Shown: in pieces, positions 11,703 to 24,683 of the stretch | How positions within the stretch are numbered: position 1 is the first letter of the stretch | Layout of the letters: every line of letters begins with the position of its first letter | DNA from: Amphiscolops sp. MND2022 | Lineage: Eukaryota | Length of the DNA stretch: 64,000 nt | Reading direction: 5' to 3' | Assembly: GCA_964187785.1 (NCBI GenBank) | Contig: OZ076409.1 | Location: 75,208,001-75,272,000 of the forward strand | Position numbers and translations under genes: made by a program | The notes under the pieces: generated by a model | The model's input: the letters and a program-made list of their open reading frames with translations, nothing else | The model's database searches: none | What the model was told of the DNA's origin: nothing

Positions 11703-13091
11703 GTGGTCGGGTATTTTTTTTTACTCGTAGATGGCGTTTGCGAGGCTTTGGGGAGGGCCCCGTGCCGAGCCTGTACCGAAATTTACCACATACCAGAAGT
11801 GTCCGATTTAATCGAGATCTCAAAAACTAACCGTTAGAATTCTCTGAAATTTTGCATGTGGCCCCTAATCAATGAGTAATGAAAAAGTGTAGAAGTGACA
11901 GTTGCTGAAAAACTTGTCTTTGTTGCACTTTTTGCGCAATTTTTGTCGCATTGTTGCGTTTTTTATGTCATTTTCGACTTTTCAAGCAAAAAACTCATAG
12001 ATGCTTTGTTCCTAGCGTATCAAGTGTGGAGCACGAAAAGTTGCAGCAGCTTCCATTACGTATGCTGAGAAAATTTGGTTGCCCTCGGATTACCCCCCAC
12101 AGAGATAGAGGGGTGCATCCGGGTATTTTTGACCCCTAAATTTGGGAAATTGCTAATTTTCGTAATAAAGCCGTAGATTTAGCGCGTGCACACCCTGCTG
12201 AAGATTTGTTAGGCATTTTGAGATAGATCCGATGACATGCGTTGAGTTCACCCCCATCACCCCCTTGACCGGAAATGAACGTTTTTGTGCACTTTCAGAC
12301 CGGAAGTCTCCATTTTCACCGGTAAGGAGGCATTGTACGAGCAACTAGCAGGATATCAAAAGTGAAGTATAACCTGGGGTCAACTCAATGACCACGTGTT
12401 GTCCAGTCTTGGGTTTCGCTATGACCGGAAATTGGCTTAAAACCCCCTTTGGTGGTATTTTTAGCAATTTTCCTTGTGCTTGGTCCACATTCAAGTTGCG
12501 TAAGTCAGTTGAACCAGTGAGAGCATAAAATATATATTCACTGCGTAGTCGTAACTGACACTGCCAGATACCGGAAGTAACCCCCTGTGACCGGAAGAGG
12601 TCAATTTTGACCGGAAATGGTCCAAAAAGTAGCGTAAATGCAGTTTTCAATGCTTTTTAAGGTCAAATTATTAGTATTTTTCAATTTGAATGCTTTTTTC
12701 CACGCAAAAAGCTAACATCGTTGCATGTTTTGCTGAAGATCGGAAAAGTGATCACCATTATCACCCCCGATAGCCTTTCAAGTTGACCTTTGGTCAATCT
12801 TGAAGGCTATCTGTTCTGAAAACGAAAAATAGTGGAATTTTGTTTCCTCCTTTCTCTTGATATTTTTCCTTCAAGTCAATTTGTCAAAAGAAAGACATTT
12901 GTTCAACTAAGTGTTCTGAAACCTGTCCAGAGGTGTCACCCGGACGAATACCATTTCAAGCTGAAGTACACAAATCAGGGTAGTATTAGACATCACACAC
13001 TCCTACCAACTCCCACCGTCTGTGGGCATGCCGAGGCATGCCTTTCGACGACGTATGCCAAATAGCGCTACAGGGCGCCCACATTTGCTAG
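11703..13091 (+). mobile_element. Cassette 5 (1.39 kb)
   Basis: 1389 bp. Hairpin B at 12769, core at 13007-13053. Interior shared with cassettes 18-20. Confidence 0.55.
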
Positions 13092-16000
13092 GTGGAGGTT
13101 ATTTTATAATAATTAAAGTGTTTTTTTCCGGAGTTTGTGGCTTTGGAAAAAACAAAAGGCGAGAAATTGGGCACTCCGGGCTGAACCGTATACACTCAAA
13201 ATTCGCCCAATATTTATACGATCTCGAAACCCAGCCGTACGATTTGGCTGAAAATTTGCATGCGGCTAAAAAATCAGATTCTAAGAACTATTTCCTGCTG
13301 ACATTTTTTTGAAATTTTTGTGTACGTTTCCCCCCCGCCCCCTAAAGGGGTCAATTTTCCCCAATTTTGCACTTATGAGCCAAATTCTCAAAACTGGTGG
13401 ATCTGAGCGTATTCCCGGCGGGGTCAACTTTTAACGCGCGCTCCTCAGTAGACCTTTTTGACTTTTAACTTTGGTGGTACGTTCACCCCCCGAGGAGGAA
13501 ATGGCGTTTTTGTGACTTCCGGTCGAGGCTTTTTTCACCCAAAAAATAGAATTAAGCCAATTTTGAGCAGGAAGGAGTGGATTTAAAGTGCCTGTACCCT
13601 GCTAAAAATTTGTTGGGCTTGTAGCGATATATCTCATACCAAGTCTGGTTTTCACCCCCAAACCCCCCTTGGGACCAAAATTCACCCAAACTTTTTTTAC
13701 CTCTGTTTGTAGTTTTTTTTGCAAAATGTCGTCATTTCCATGGGTAAGGAGTTGAATTAGGGGCTCCTAATAGGGTACCAATGTTCAAGTACACTTGCAG
13801 TGCAACTGAGTGACCCTTTTGGGGCCTCTCCTGTGTTCGGCGAGGACCGGAAGTGGTGTAAACCCCCCTTTTTTGACGTTTGTTGACCTTGAGACTCGCG
13901 CTTAGATGACGTTTATGTCGCGCAAATCCTACAAACCAGTATTAGGATGACATGCTAGCCTACTAGAGAGCACTAAGGGAAACTATACTATACCGGAAGT
14001 AACCCCCCGTGACCGGAAGTTGTCATTTTTGACCGGAAATGGTCCAAAACATAGCGTAAAAGCAGTTTTCATTGCTTTTAAAGTCAACTTATTACTTTTT
14101 TCAGTCTGCGCGAGCTTGTCTTCAGATTCGTTTTTGTTGTCCGTGCACACTACAACAAATATACATCTGTAGAACTTTTGCTATAATATCGTCGGAGAGA
14201 GAAATAACGGGTTTTCGGAATTTTTTTCAAAAATGTTTGTCTATATCTATCATTTTTACCCAACGTTATTCAACAGTAGAACCACAGGGGTTAGTATCTG
14301 CCAAAATATATGCCTAACAAAACCACTCGTCCCATTGGTTGCAGTTTGAGCGTTCTAGCTTTGCCTGGTCACAAGTTGAGGGACTTCAAAAAGTTTCAAA
14401 TTTTTTTGGAAAATTTTTTTTAAACGTCACGTCTCCCAAAGTTAAGAATTTTCCACACAACTAGGATTGCAAGAGAATGCACATGGTAAGACCTATAAAT
14501 GGAGAGAAAAATTCCGTTCAGAACGTCTCTTTATCGTTACGTGACGTTAAAAGATGTTGCTTTGAATGTGAATTTGATAATGCGTCGAGAAGTAAAAGAG
14601 TGTGAATGGATCCTATGTCTCGACAAATACTCATCGCAATACATACGATGAACCCCAATTACCCTCACTTTCAGTTGGCTAGTACATCAGCGTCTTCCAA
14701 GGACCGTTTACCTATTTAAAAATTGTCAAATTCATTATTAATATCAGTTAGCAAGAAATATTTGAGTACATTGTCATCTCTCCCCATCGGGTGAGATGAG
14801 AATGTTCTTGCTAAAAGTCAAGTACTACGGCCCATTTTTGTTTTATTGCGACGTTTTCTGTGCCTTAGCACAAGGATACTTTTATGTCATCTCACTTTTG
14901 TTATACAATCTGACTTGTTGTTATAAAATTCTCGTCATTACTTTACCTAAACTTACTACCATGCATCTTTAACGTCAAAGCCAAATTCATTTAGACGCCC
15001 ACCATTCCGTAGGTATGCCGAGGTATGCCTTTCGAAGAAGTATGGCAAAACACAAACGGGCAAATGAAAAGGGCTGAAATTCAGAAACAGTCACAAACAA
15101 TTTTGACTATTTGACCGATGGTAGGTTTTTATATGGAACTTACACATCACTGACATTTCAAAACATTCCAGCTGACGCCCACTTACAAACATCAACGCCC
15201 ACGGTCCGTGGGCATGCCGAGGCATGCCCTTCGACGACGTATGGCAAATACCTTTTACGACGTCCCAACTTTCCCTAGGTGGAGGTTATTTTATAATAAT
15301 TAAAGTGTTTTTTTCCGGAGTTTGTGGCTTTGGAAAAAACAAAAGGCGAGAAATTGGGCACTCCGGGCTGAACCGTATACACTCAAAATTCGCCCAATAT
15401 TTATACGATCTCGAAACCCAGCCGTACGATTTGGCTGAAAATTTGCATGCGGCTAAAAAATCAGATTCTAAGAACTATTTCCTGCTGACATTTTTTTGAA
15501 ATTTTTGTGTACGTTTCCCCCCCGCCCCCTAAAGGGGTCAATTTTCCCCAATTTTGCACTTTTTAGTCAAATTCTCAAAACTGGTGGATCTGAGCTTTTT
15601 CCCGATGGGGACAACTTTTAACAAGCGCTGTTCAGTAGACCTTTTTGACTTTTTACTTTGGTGGTACGTTCACCCCCCAAGGAGGAAATGGCGTTTTTGT
15701 GACTTCCGGTCGAGACTTTTTTCACCCAAAAAATAGAAATAAGCCAGTTTTGAGCAGGAAGGAGTGGATTTAAAGTGTCTGTACCCTGCTAAAAATTTGT
15801 GGGGCGTGTAGCGATATATCTCATAGCAAGTCTGGTTTTCACCCCCGAACCCCCCTCGAGACCAAAATTCACCCAAACGTTTTACCTCTATTTGTGGTTT
15901 TTTCACAAAATGTCGTCATTTCCATCGGCAAAGATTTGAATTAGGGGCTCCTAATAGGGTACCAAAGTTCAAGTACACTTGGAGTGCAACTGAGTGACCC

Positions 16001-17464
16001 TTTTTGGGCCTCTCGTGTGTTCGGCAATAACCGGAAGTTGTATAAACCCCCCTTTTTTGACGTTTGTTGACCTTGAGACTCGCGCCTAGATGACGTTTAT
16101 GTCGCGCAAATCCTACAAACCAGTATTAGAATGACATGCTAGCCAACTAGAGAGCAATAAGGGAAACTATACTATACCGGAAGTAACCCCCTCTTGACCG
16201 GAAGTTGTCATTTTTGACCGGAAATGGTCCAAAACCTAGCGTGAAAGCTGTTTTTCATTGCTTTTAAAGTCAACTTATTACTTTTTTCACTCTGCGCGAG
16301 CTTGCCTTCAGGTTCGTTAGTGTTGCCCGTACACACTGCAACAAATATACATCTGTAAAATTTTCGCTATAATATCGTCGGAGAGAGAAATAACGGGTTT
16401 TTGGGTTTTTTTTTTCAAAAATATTAGTGTTTATCTGTCATTTTTACCCAACGTTATTGAACAGTAGAACCATAGGGGTTAGTCTTCGCCCAAATATATG
16501 CCTAACAAAAGCACTTGTCCCATTGGTTGCAGTTTGGGCGTTTTAGCTTTGCCTGGTCACAAGTTAGGGGACTTGAAAAACTTTCAAAATCATTTCCGAA
16601 ATTTTTTTCTAAACGTCACGTCTCCCAAAGTTAAGAAACTTCCTCACAACTAGGACCGCAAGTGAATGCATGTGGTTAGACCTATAAATGGAGAGAAAAA
16701 CTCCGTTTAGAACATCTCTTTATCGTAACGTGACGTTAAGAGATGTTGCTTTGAATGTGAATTTGATAATGCGTCGAGAAGTAAAAGTGTGTAAATGGAA
16801 CCTTTGTCTCGATAAATACTCCTCGCAATACATGCGATGAACCCCAATTACCCTCAGTTTCAGTTGCTTAGTACATCAACGTCTTCCAAGGACCTTTTAT
16901 CTATTTTGAAAATGTCGAAATCATTATTAATATCAGTTATCAAGAAACACATGAGCACATTCTCATCTCTCCCCATCGGGTGAGGTGAGAATGTTCTTGC
17001 TAAAAGCCAGGTACTACGGCCCCCTTTTGTTTTAATACGATGCATTCTCTGCTTTAGCTCATAGATATTTTTTTTCGCCTGATTGTTTGTATACTCTCTG
17101 ACTTCTTGTTATAAATCTCTCGTCATTACTTTACATAAATATACAACCAAAAATCATTATCGTCAGCGCCACATACATTTAGACGCCCACCATTCCGTAG
17201 GTATGTCGAGGCATACCTTTCGATTACGTATGTCAAAACGCAAACGTGATAAAAAGTGCTGGAAGTCTCAAACAGTGACAAACAAATTTGACTACTTGAA
17301 ATATGGGAGGTTTTTATATGGAACTTACACATAGCTGACATTTCACAACTTTGCAGCTGACGCCCACATGCCAACATCAACGCCCACCGTCCGTGGGCAT
17401 GCCGAGGCATGCCCTTCGACGACGTATAGCAAATCCCTTTCACCGACGCGCACTCTCCCGCTAG
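13092..17464 (+). mobile_element. Cassettes 6 and 7 (2.18-kb family, tandem pair; boundary 15278/15279)
   Basis: 2187 and 2186 bp with near-identical left ends. Cores at 15193 and 17378, each preceded by a degenerate second core about 200 bp upstream. Confidence 0.6.
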
Positions 17465-18737
17465 GTGGTCGGGAATTTTTTTTCTGCTCAAATCTTTGCC
17501 GCTGGGGGAGGGGCCCCTTGCGGCTGCTGTTCGGTTTTACTACCTACCAAAACCTGCTTTTTTTTTCACGATCTCGAGAACCACCCGTACGATTTTCCTG
17601 AAAATTTGCATACAGGCTTAGAATCAAATCCTAAGAACTATTTCCTACTGGCGTTTTTCCGAATTTTTTCAAAAAGTTGGTCAAAAACGCAACAAAAGTT
17701 GCCAATGGACATAAAAAACGCAACTTTTCGACTTTTAGGGCTCATAACTTTTTCCAGAGTGCCCGGAGCGACCCGTGTGCATCGGACACTTTTGTTCAGC
17801 ATTCTAGGAAGAGTGCGTGGGCAAATTTTCGTTTAAATCGGACAAAAATTGACTGAGAAATTAACGCAAATTTTGGTGCATTTTTTGCGAAGACTAGTCT
17901 ATCTCTGCCATTTTCGCCCAAAATTTTTCCCAGAGCTTTTACAGGAGGCAACCCCTGCCCAAATTTCTGCCGAGCAAACCCATTTGGCCCTAAATACGAG
18001 GTTTCAGCGTTCTAGCATTTCCGGGCAAAAAGTTGTGGGACTTAGAAATTTTTCAAAAAAATGCAAAAAGTGTAAAAAGTAACTTCCGGCGTCCCAAAGT
18101 CAAGAAACTTTCACACAACTAGTATTGCAAGTGAATGCATGTGGAAAGTACTTGGATAGACGAGAAAAATGAGCTATTATAAACCTCTGTAGCTTAATCT
18201 GACGTTGACTTATGACATTTTGAGTGTGAGCATCCTATAGGATTTTAATGTCAAAAATGAGATTTTGTAAGTCATGTCTCATCAAAAACTCGTCGGAATA
18301 CGTTCAATCATCCCCATAGCTGTTCAAGTACTGTGACTTAGTAGAGCAACGCCATTTAATGTCCTTGGACCCATTTTGAAAATTTTCGTTATCGTCTTAT
18401 TCGTCCGATATCCCGAAACAGTTGAGTACATTCCATCTCTCCCTTAAGGGGGAGATGAGAATGTACTCGCCAAACACCTGACACAATGGCCCATATTGGT
18501 TTTTATTTGACCTTTCTCAATGATATTACACACGGATAGCTGTGTTTGGTAAAAGTTTTCCATTGCACCATGTCTCCAGAAGCTAAACCACTTCTTTAGC
18601 CTACTACTTCTACTCAAACATCACTAACGTCAATGCCACATACTCGCATCAACGCCCACCGTCCGTGGGCATGCCGAGGCATGCCCTTCGACGACGTATG
18701 CCAAATAGCGCCACCTGGCGCCCCCAATTTCCGCTAG
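17465..18737 (+). mobile_element. Cassette 8 (1.3-kb class)
   Basis: 1273 bp. Hairpin A at 18424-18468, core at 18650-18696. Right half closely matches the right half of cassette 36. Confidence 0.6.
18424..18468. repeat. Subterminal hairpin type A (representative copy)
   Basis: GAGTACATTC-CATCTCTCCC-TTAA-GGGGGAGATG-A-GAATGTACTC. Present in the 1.3-kb and 2.18-kb cassettes, e.g. 14764, 16953, 25657, 26927, 28215. Confidence 0.92.
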
Positions 18738-19783
18738 GTGGTCCGGGGTAGTTCCCCACATTATTTAGTGCGAGGCCGGGGAGGGTCCCGATGCCGAGCT
18801 TAATTTTCGCGTGTCGTACTATATCCTTTAGCACACCAGTCAAAAAACGGCGATTTTCGAATTGAACCGATAAAACTTCTTTAAACTTTGCATGTGTACT
18901 TATCTTGCCGATGTAAGAATGATGTTCTGCTGGTCAAACATGATCCTATTACTTGGCGGGAAGTTATGAGCAAATGATCGGGTTTTTCACCCAATTTCGG
19001 TACTTTTTCGCTGCGATATCTGCAGCATGTGGATACAATTGGCTGATACTTTGCATGCGAGGCATTAATGATGTCAGGTGTTTGCATGCCAAAAATCATT
19101 AGGCTGGTGATACTAGGCTGAGAGATAGAAGTGAACGAAGTAACAGAAATTTGTGAATTTTCCTGTCATTGCGTCATAATTTCCGAACTTTTATACAAAT
19201 GATGTTTCCTTTAGCGGTAGCAGTACAGTCGATGTGTTTTCAACATCACGTGGCCAGGATAAAAAATTAAAAATAAAAAAGTTCTACAAAAGTTCTCCAA
19301 AAATTCTAAAAATTGCGAATTTTTTCAAAAAAAAAATTTTTCGGGTTCCATTGTATTTTTATACCAGGAATTCAAAAATCACATTATTTATCGTGTCAAC
19401 GGCGCCAAAATGGGTTTATTTTTAATATTGACCGCTTTCACCAGCTTGATATACCAGTTTCAGTAAGTATTTGAAAAATACTCAGGGTTGAGGCAAATGC
19501 ATAAGTAGCACGATTTTAAAACGTAATTTTATTTGTCACCGGTGTTCCGAGGGATGCACAGCAGCACGCAGGAACAACGGTGACCCGGAAGGAAGGCTGT
19601 AGATACTTGTTACGACCGAAGGCAGTCACTGTTTAGTTTTGTTCGACATGATTATGTACGTCGTTGCGATGTGCATCAGCAAAAATTCACATCAGTGACC
19701 CCAAAGTGGAACAAGTTATACATGAATTGAGAACAGACAGTACCGTTCGGCCCCCTGGTAATTGGTAGCTTTGCCTCCACTGG
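18738..19783 (+). mobile_element. Cassette 9 (1.04-kb family, no terminal core)
   Basis: 1046 bp. Diverged homologue of cassette 4, with hairpin C at 19535-19584. Confidence 0.55.
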
Positions 19784-22700
19784 GTGCGCCGGGGTGTTGT
19801 CCCCAGCCCTTTCCGCCGGCGAGGGTAGGGTTCCCTTCGCCGGCTTGAACTTCGCGAAGCCAAGCTTACGTATTAGCAAACATGCCCCCTAAAAAATGCG
19901 ATCTCGAAAATGAACCGTCAGAACCGGCTAAATTTTTGCATGCACCCATATTTTGGGAAGACAAGAATTTTTTTCTGCTGACGTTTTGCCGAAAAAATAT
20001 TCGGTCATGCCGAAATACCGTATTTTTTGAAGATAAAAGGGATAAATTTGTTGGTATATAAAGTTTACCTTTAATAACTTTTACACGGTGCACGCTAGCC
20101 CAATGATGCATACTAACAAAAAGTTGTGAAGTGTGGCGCGTCGAATGATGGTGCCAAAAAAGTGCCGATCGGGGCACTCAAAGTGCCAAAAAATGCCAAA
20201 ATGTTAAGTATCACCAATATCACCTAGGCTTATAGGTCAATTTGAGCACGTTAAACGGTCCGAACGGTATCGGACCAAAAGATCAAAAATTGTCAGCATT
20301 CAATGAGGGTTTCAAAAATGTAGTTTATACACGTGTAGGATTCATATTAAAAAAGTCGATTTTTTTGAGTGTATGGCATGATGAGCTAGGATGAAATTTT
20401 TTATAATGTACATTCCATTAAAGTACTCACTATGCAGCACCAGTAGCAGCGGAAGTCATATTTATGAAAAAGATCAAGGGGCTGGGGTCTACTCACGGTA
20501 CTATCGCAAAATAGGCCTGGGGCAATAGTGGTGCCAAAAAATGCCTTATAGTGAGGAATGATTTTTTTGTAAATCAGCTCATATTTCGATACGTGTGACT
20601 TCCTTGTCAACAACGGTCCGCACGGTCTCTAACAATATAACCAAAAATTGTCAGTGAGCTATTGTGACGACCAAAATGACATCGGTTGACCTCTAAGAGG
20701 CCTCTGGAAAAATTTGATTTTTTTGAGTCACGGTCCGAGTTGATCTGTTACGTTGTATGAACATTTCATATTCATGTTACTCATAACTGAGTACAGATAG
20801 CACCGTGGGTCACCTTTATCAAAATGAACATGGGGCAGCGGTCTAACGACTGAGTGCAAACATCATACCTTAGTTGCCACAGTGAAAGGAAAAAATTTTC
20901 AGAAGTGTTCTTTTCAATTTTTTATGTCGACTCGCAGTTACAAAAATGTGATTTTCTCTTCAGCAACGGTCAGAACGGTCTCGGACCATAAGATAAAAAT
21001 TTGTCAGTGTGATATGGTGGCACCCAGAAACACATCAGAACACTGGTAGGAAGCTTCTGAACGATTTTCGAATTTTCACGTGGGTCCGAGAGTTATAGTG
21101 TCACATCGTAACTACATTTCGGGTTTGCATATATCCTCACAGAGTACAGATAGCATCATGGGTCACCTTTTCGAAAAAGAACGTGGGCCACTGGCCTATC
21201 GATTTGTCATAAAAAGTTTTCAGTCACTGCTGCACGGCGTGAATAATATGCCAATATGGGGTATTTAGCATTTTTCTGTACGACTCGGACCTACAAAAGG
21301 CCCATTTCTGCTCCACCAACGGTCTGTACGGTCATCGACCATAAGGTCAAAAAGTGTCAGTGTGCTATGGTGACGCCCAAAAACTTATCAGTACACTTGT
21401 ATAGTGCTTCTGAAAAAGTTTGGATTTTTTAGGTTAGTCCGAGAGTTATGGAGAGTTATGTTGTCACATCGAAACTACATTTCGGGTATGTATATCTCCT
21501 GACAGAGTACAGAAAGCAACATGGGTCATCTTTTGGAAAGTGAACGTGAGCCAGTGGCCTACCAATTGGTGACAAAAAGTTTTCATCACTTGGTACAGGG
21601 AGTGGAAAAAGTGCTTACATGTGTTACATAGCATATTTTCAGGCGACTCGGACTTACAACAAGCTCATTTGCTGGCGAACAACGGTCTGTACGGTCTCCG
21701 CTCAGATGGTCGAAATTTTATCGTGAGCTATAGTAACGCCCAAAAACGTATCAGTTTACCTGTAGTATGATTCTTTAAAATTTTAGTGTTTTCGCGCTGA
21801 CTATGTTAGATATGTCATTGGGAACCGCGTTCTTTTCCTATCGAAATCGTGTTTTTGACTGCCCAAAAACAGTTTTTAAAGCTCAAAAACCACATAAAAT
21901 CTTGTTTTGCATAACATGGGATGTGAATACCATGAAAAAAGTGCCAACTGTGGGTTTGGAGTCATTTTGAGAAAATCAGATGCCATTAGACGTTACACAT
22001 CAGAAAATGATATTCCACATATCAATTTATGGGTTGAGTGAAAAATAGCCCAAATGAGTTTTCAGTCAATTAGGACTCTTTTTTGTTCACAACCATGTGT
22101 ACAGCTGACGTGGAACACATATTGACCTTCCACAATGGATATATTGCGATTTTGAGTGACAAAAGCCCCGTTGACAAACAAAATTCCAAGATAAAATTTT
22201 TTTCCAAATCTTTTTTTGATGTATAGGACCACCAAATTTTGCTCACAAACATCAACTATCCATTTCTGTTAGACCAGTGGCATGTGAAAAACACAACTTG
22301 GCATTGACAAGCCACTTACACTATAAATCGAGTAGTCATGGGCAACAACATTTGCAAATCAGTTGTGAAATTGGTCAAAAATTGATAAAACATCACAATT
22401 TTGGTGGAGTCAAACTAGCAAAATTGAGTTTTATCAGCAACTATTGGCTTTTAAAGCAATCCACTGGCCCTGTAAAATAGGAAAATGATGATTACCGAAC
22501 TTTTAAGGTTACATTTCAGAGTCTGACTCAGCTAAAAATATCATACTGAAGAGACGCATTACTACAACTTCAGTCTTTTTCCCGTTGTGTCACCACTTTT
22601 TTGGTATCGGCGGTCCCACCAATACTGTTTTTGGTCTAACACTAAACCTGAGGATCAACCAAGGTGGATACCAGACTTGAAAAATCCATGCAAGAAAATC

Positions 22701-24683
22701 GACATGTCAAAAGTTGTGATGAGGAGAGATATTTCCCAAAAATTCGTGTTATATGTCACATTCCATTCCACCTTTTTTAATCTGTGCTTGTCAGTTATTG
22801 TGTTAACGCTCGTCAACGATCTCACTTACAGCCAACGAGTCGATTACAGATGTAAAAAGTTTTAGTAACGCCTGTTTCCTCGTTCTTGACACATTTTACA
22901 TCGCGTTCGTACTTAACATAAAATATTTTTTCCTCAAACACCCAATTTTCGTCAGGTCGAAAATTGAATTTCTGTCTTTTGAGCCTAATTTATGTGTCTG
23001 ACGGAACCTGTGGCCGCCAAAATACCTAAAAACAAAAGTGTGATTGGTATCAAGTGCATCAGTGACATATCAGCCACGAAAAAACGTTTCGCGAAGACAA
23101 TTTCAACTTTGAGGTGAAAATTTGGTAGACACATTTTCACAGTAAAAACAAAATTAATGAAAGAATTACGTCTTTCCTGTCAATGACTATTAATATAGCA
23201 TCAGTGTTGCGAATTTGAGGTCTATAGAGAGGTGTATATAAAAAAATGTGGTGCAAAAAGCATTGTGTAATACCAAATTTACCAGAGTACTAACGAAATT
23301 CCACTATATTTTTTGCACTTTATATCAAAAATTTGGTAGTGTAAACCTTAATCAGCAGTTCAATTCAGTAGTTTCATTCAACTCTCCATATGCTTAATTT
23401 GTTTCAAAGTGCTTGATCTTTCCGTCATTCAACACTATTTTGTTACGGCTTAAAATAGTCATACCGTTTAAGACGCATTCTTCATTAATAGATGTGATCG
23501 TTTTTCATTACCAAAGACTGATTACTGATTCACCTTTACGGTAGCTAACCAAATTGTCAATAGGTTCAAAAGCTCTCATTACTTAGACTTTTCAGACTCT
23601 ATAGATTTGACAACCTACTCACATTTATAACATTTTTGTAGGAATGACATTGAACCATGTTTTTTGGAAACAGCTGATAACTGCATCTTGTGATAGCCTT
23701 CCAGGTTGGCCTTGTGTCAACTTGGGAAGGCTATCACTACAAAAAACAAAAAACCAGGAGTTCGTTTTGATGGGATTTTCCGGTTGATTATTTCATTCAA
23801 CATTCTATTGTCCCAGTAGTTGATACTTATGGTCAACAGACATTTTTCAGAATCCGTTAACCAAAATTAAAGGGCAAAAAATACATTTTTTTTGTTTCTT
23901 TTGCGGATTCAACTTGAATTTCGTGAATTTTTTAAGTACTGTTCAATCACAAAAAATTTTATACACCCCTGTTAGCTTCACAAAGCCACCAGCTACCTCC
24001 ACATGACAGTACAACGTTAGTTCCTCTGTTTAATAAGGCTTTCATTAGTGGTGTCATAGTGTCGAAAACAAATCACATGGAAATATACATGGATATAGAC
24101 AAACATCATCAAGTCGTGCTGGGAAATGTTCAGTATAAATGTCGTTCTCCCACTTAAAACTCTTTACAGAAAATCTTCTTTCCTTATTTTAGACAATTCA
24201 TAAAACATAGAAAAGATTTCCAACAACGTTTCTTAGACATAAATTAAACTTATATGAGGAATACAAAAATCAAAACATTCCGCATGTTAGCTGGGTCAGA
24301 TTTGTTCATTTTTTCCGTAGACAGATTACCGCACCCACCACTTTCAACGCCAATTTCACCCAATATTTGGAGAAACAAAATGTTCACGATTCAGACACAT
24401 TCCTATGAGGGAAAATTGACCAATTACCACAATTCAATGTATACCGTGGATTCTGCCAATGACGGTGCTTCTTTCCACTAATAAAGAGCTAGGACTATCT
24501 TTGCTTTCTTTCGACAACAGTTACCATTAACGATCCATTGGTAATGTGATGACATGTATCATTCAATCACAAACAACATTTCTCCAATACATGTCTTACG
24601 CTGGACGTAGTTAAGAGATCATTCTATCTTGCCTACCAAACGTTTATCACATCTAGTGCTTAGAGTTGAGCTGCCATCGCTAG
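19784..24683 (+). mobile_element. Cassette 10 (4.90-kb family, no terminal core)
   Basis: 4900 bp. Diverged homologue of cassette 3, with left hairpin at 19815-19844 and hairpin B at 23692-23735. Confidence 0.55.
20254..21800 (+). repeat. Internal tandem subrepeat of about 353-363 bp
   Basis: The AACGGTCnGnACGGT motif recurs at 20254, 20612, 20965, 21318 and 21681. Confidence 0.85.

Noticed and set aside
18424..18468. Hairpins A, B and C as rho-independent terminators
   Set aside because: There is no upstream gene and no consistent U-tract, and the context does not look prokaryotic.
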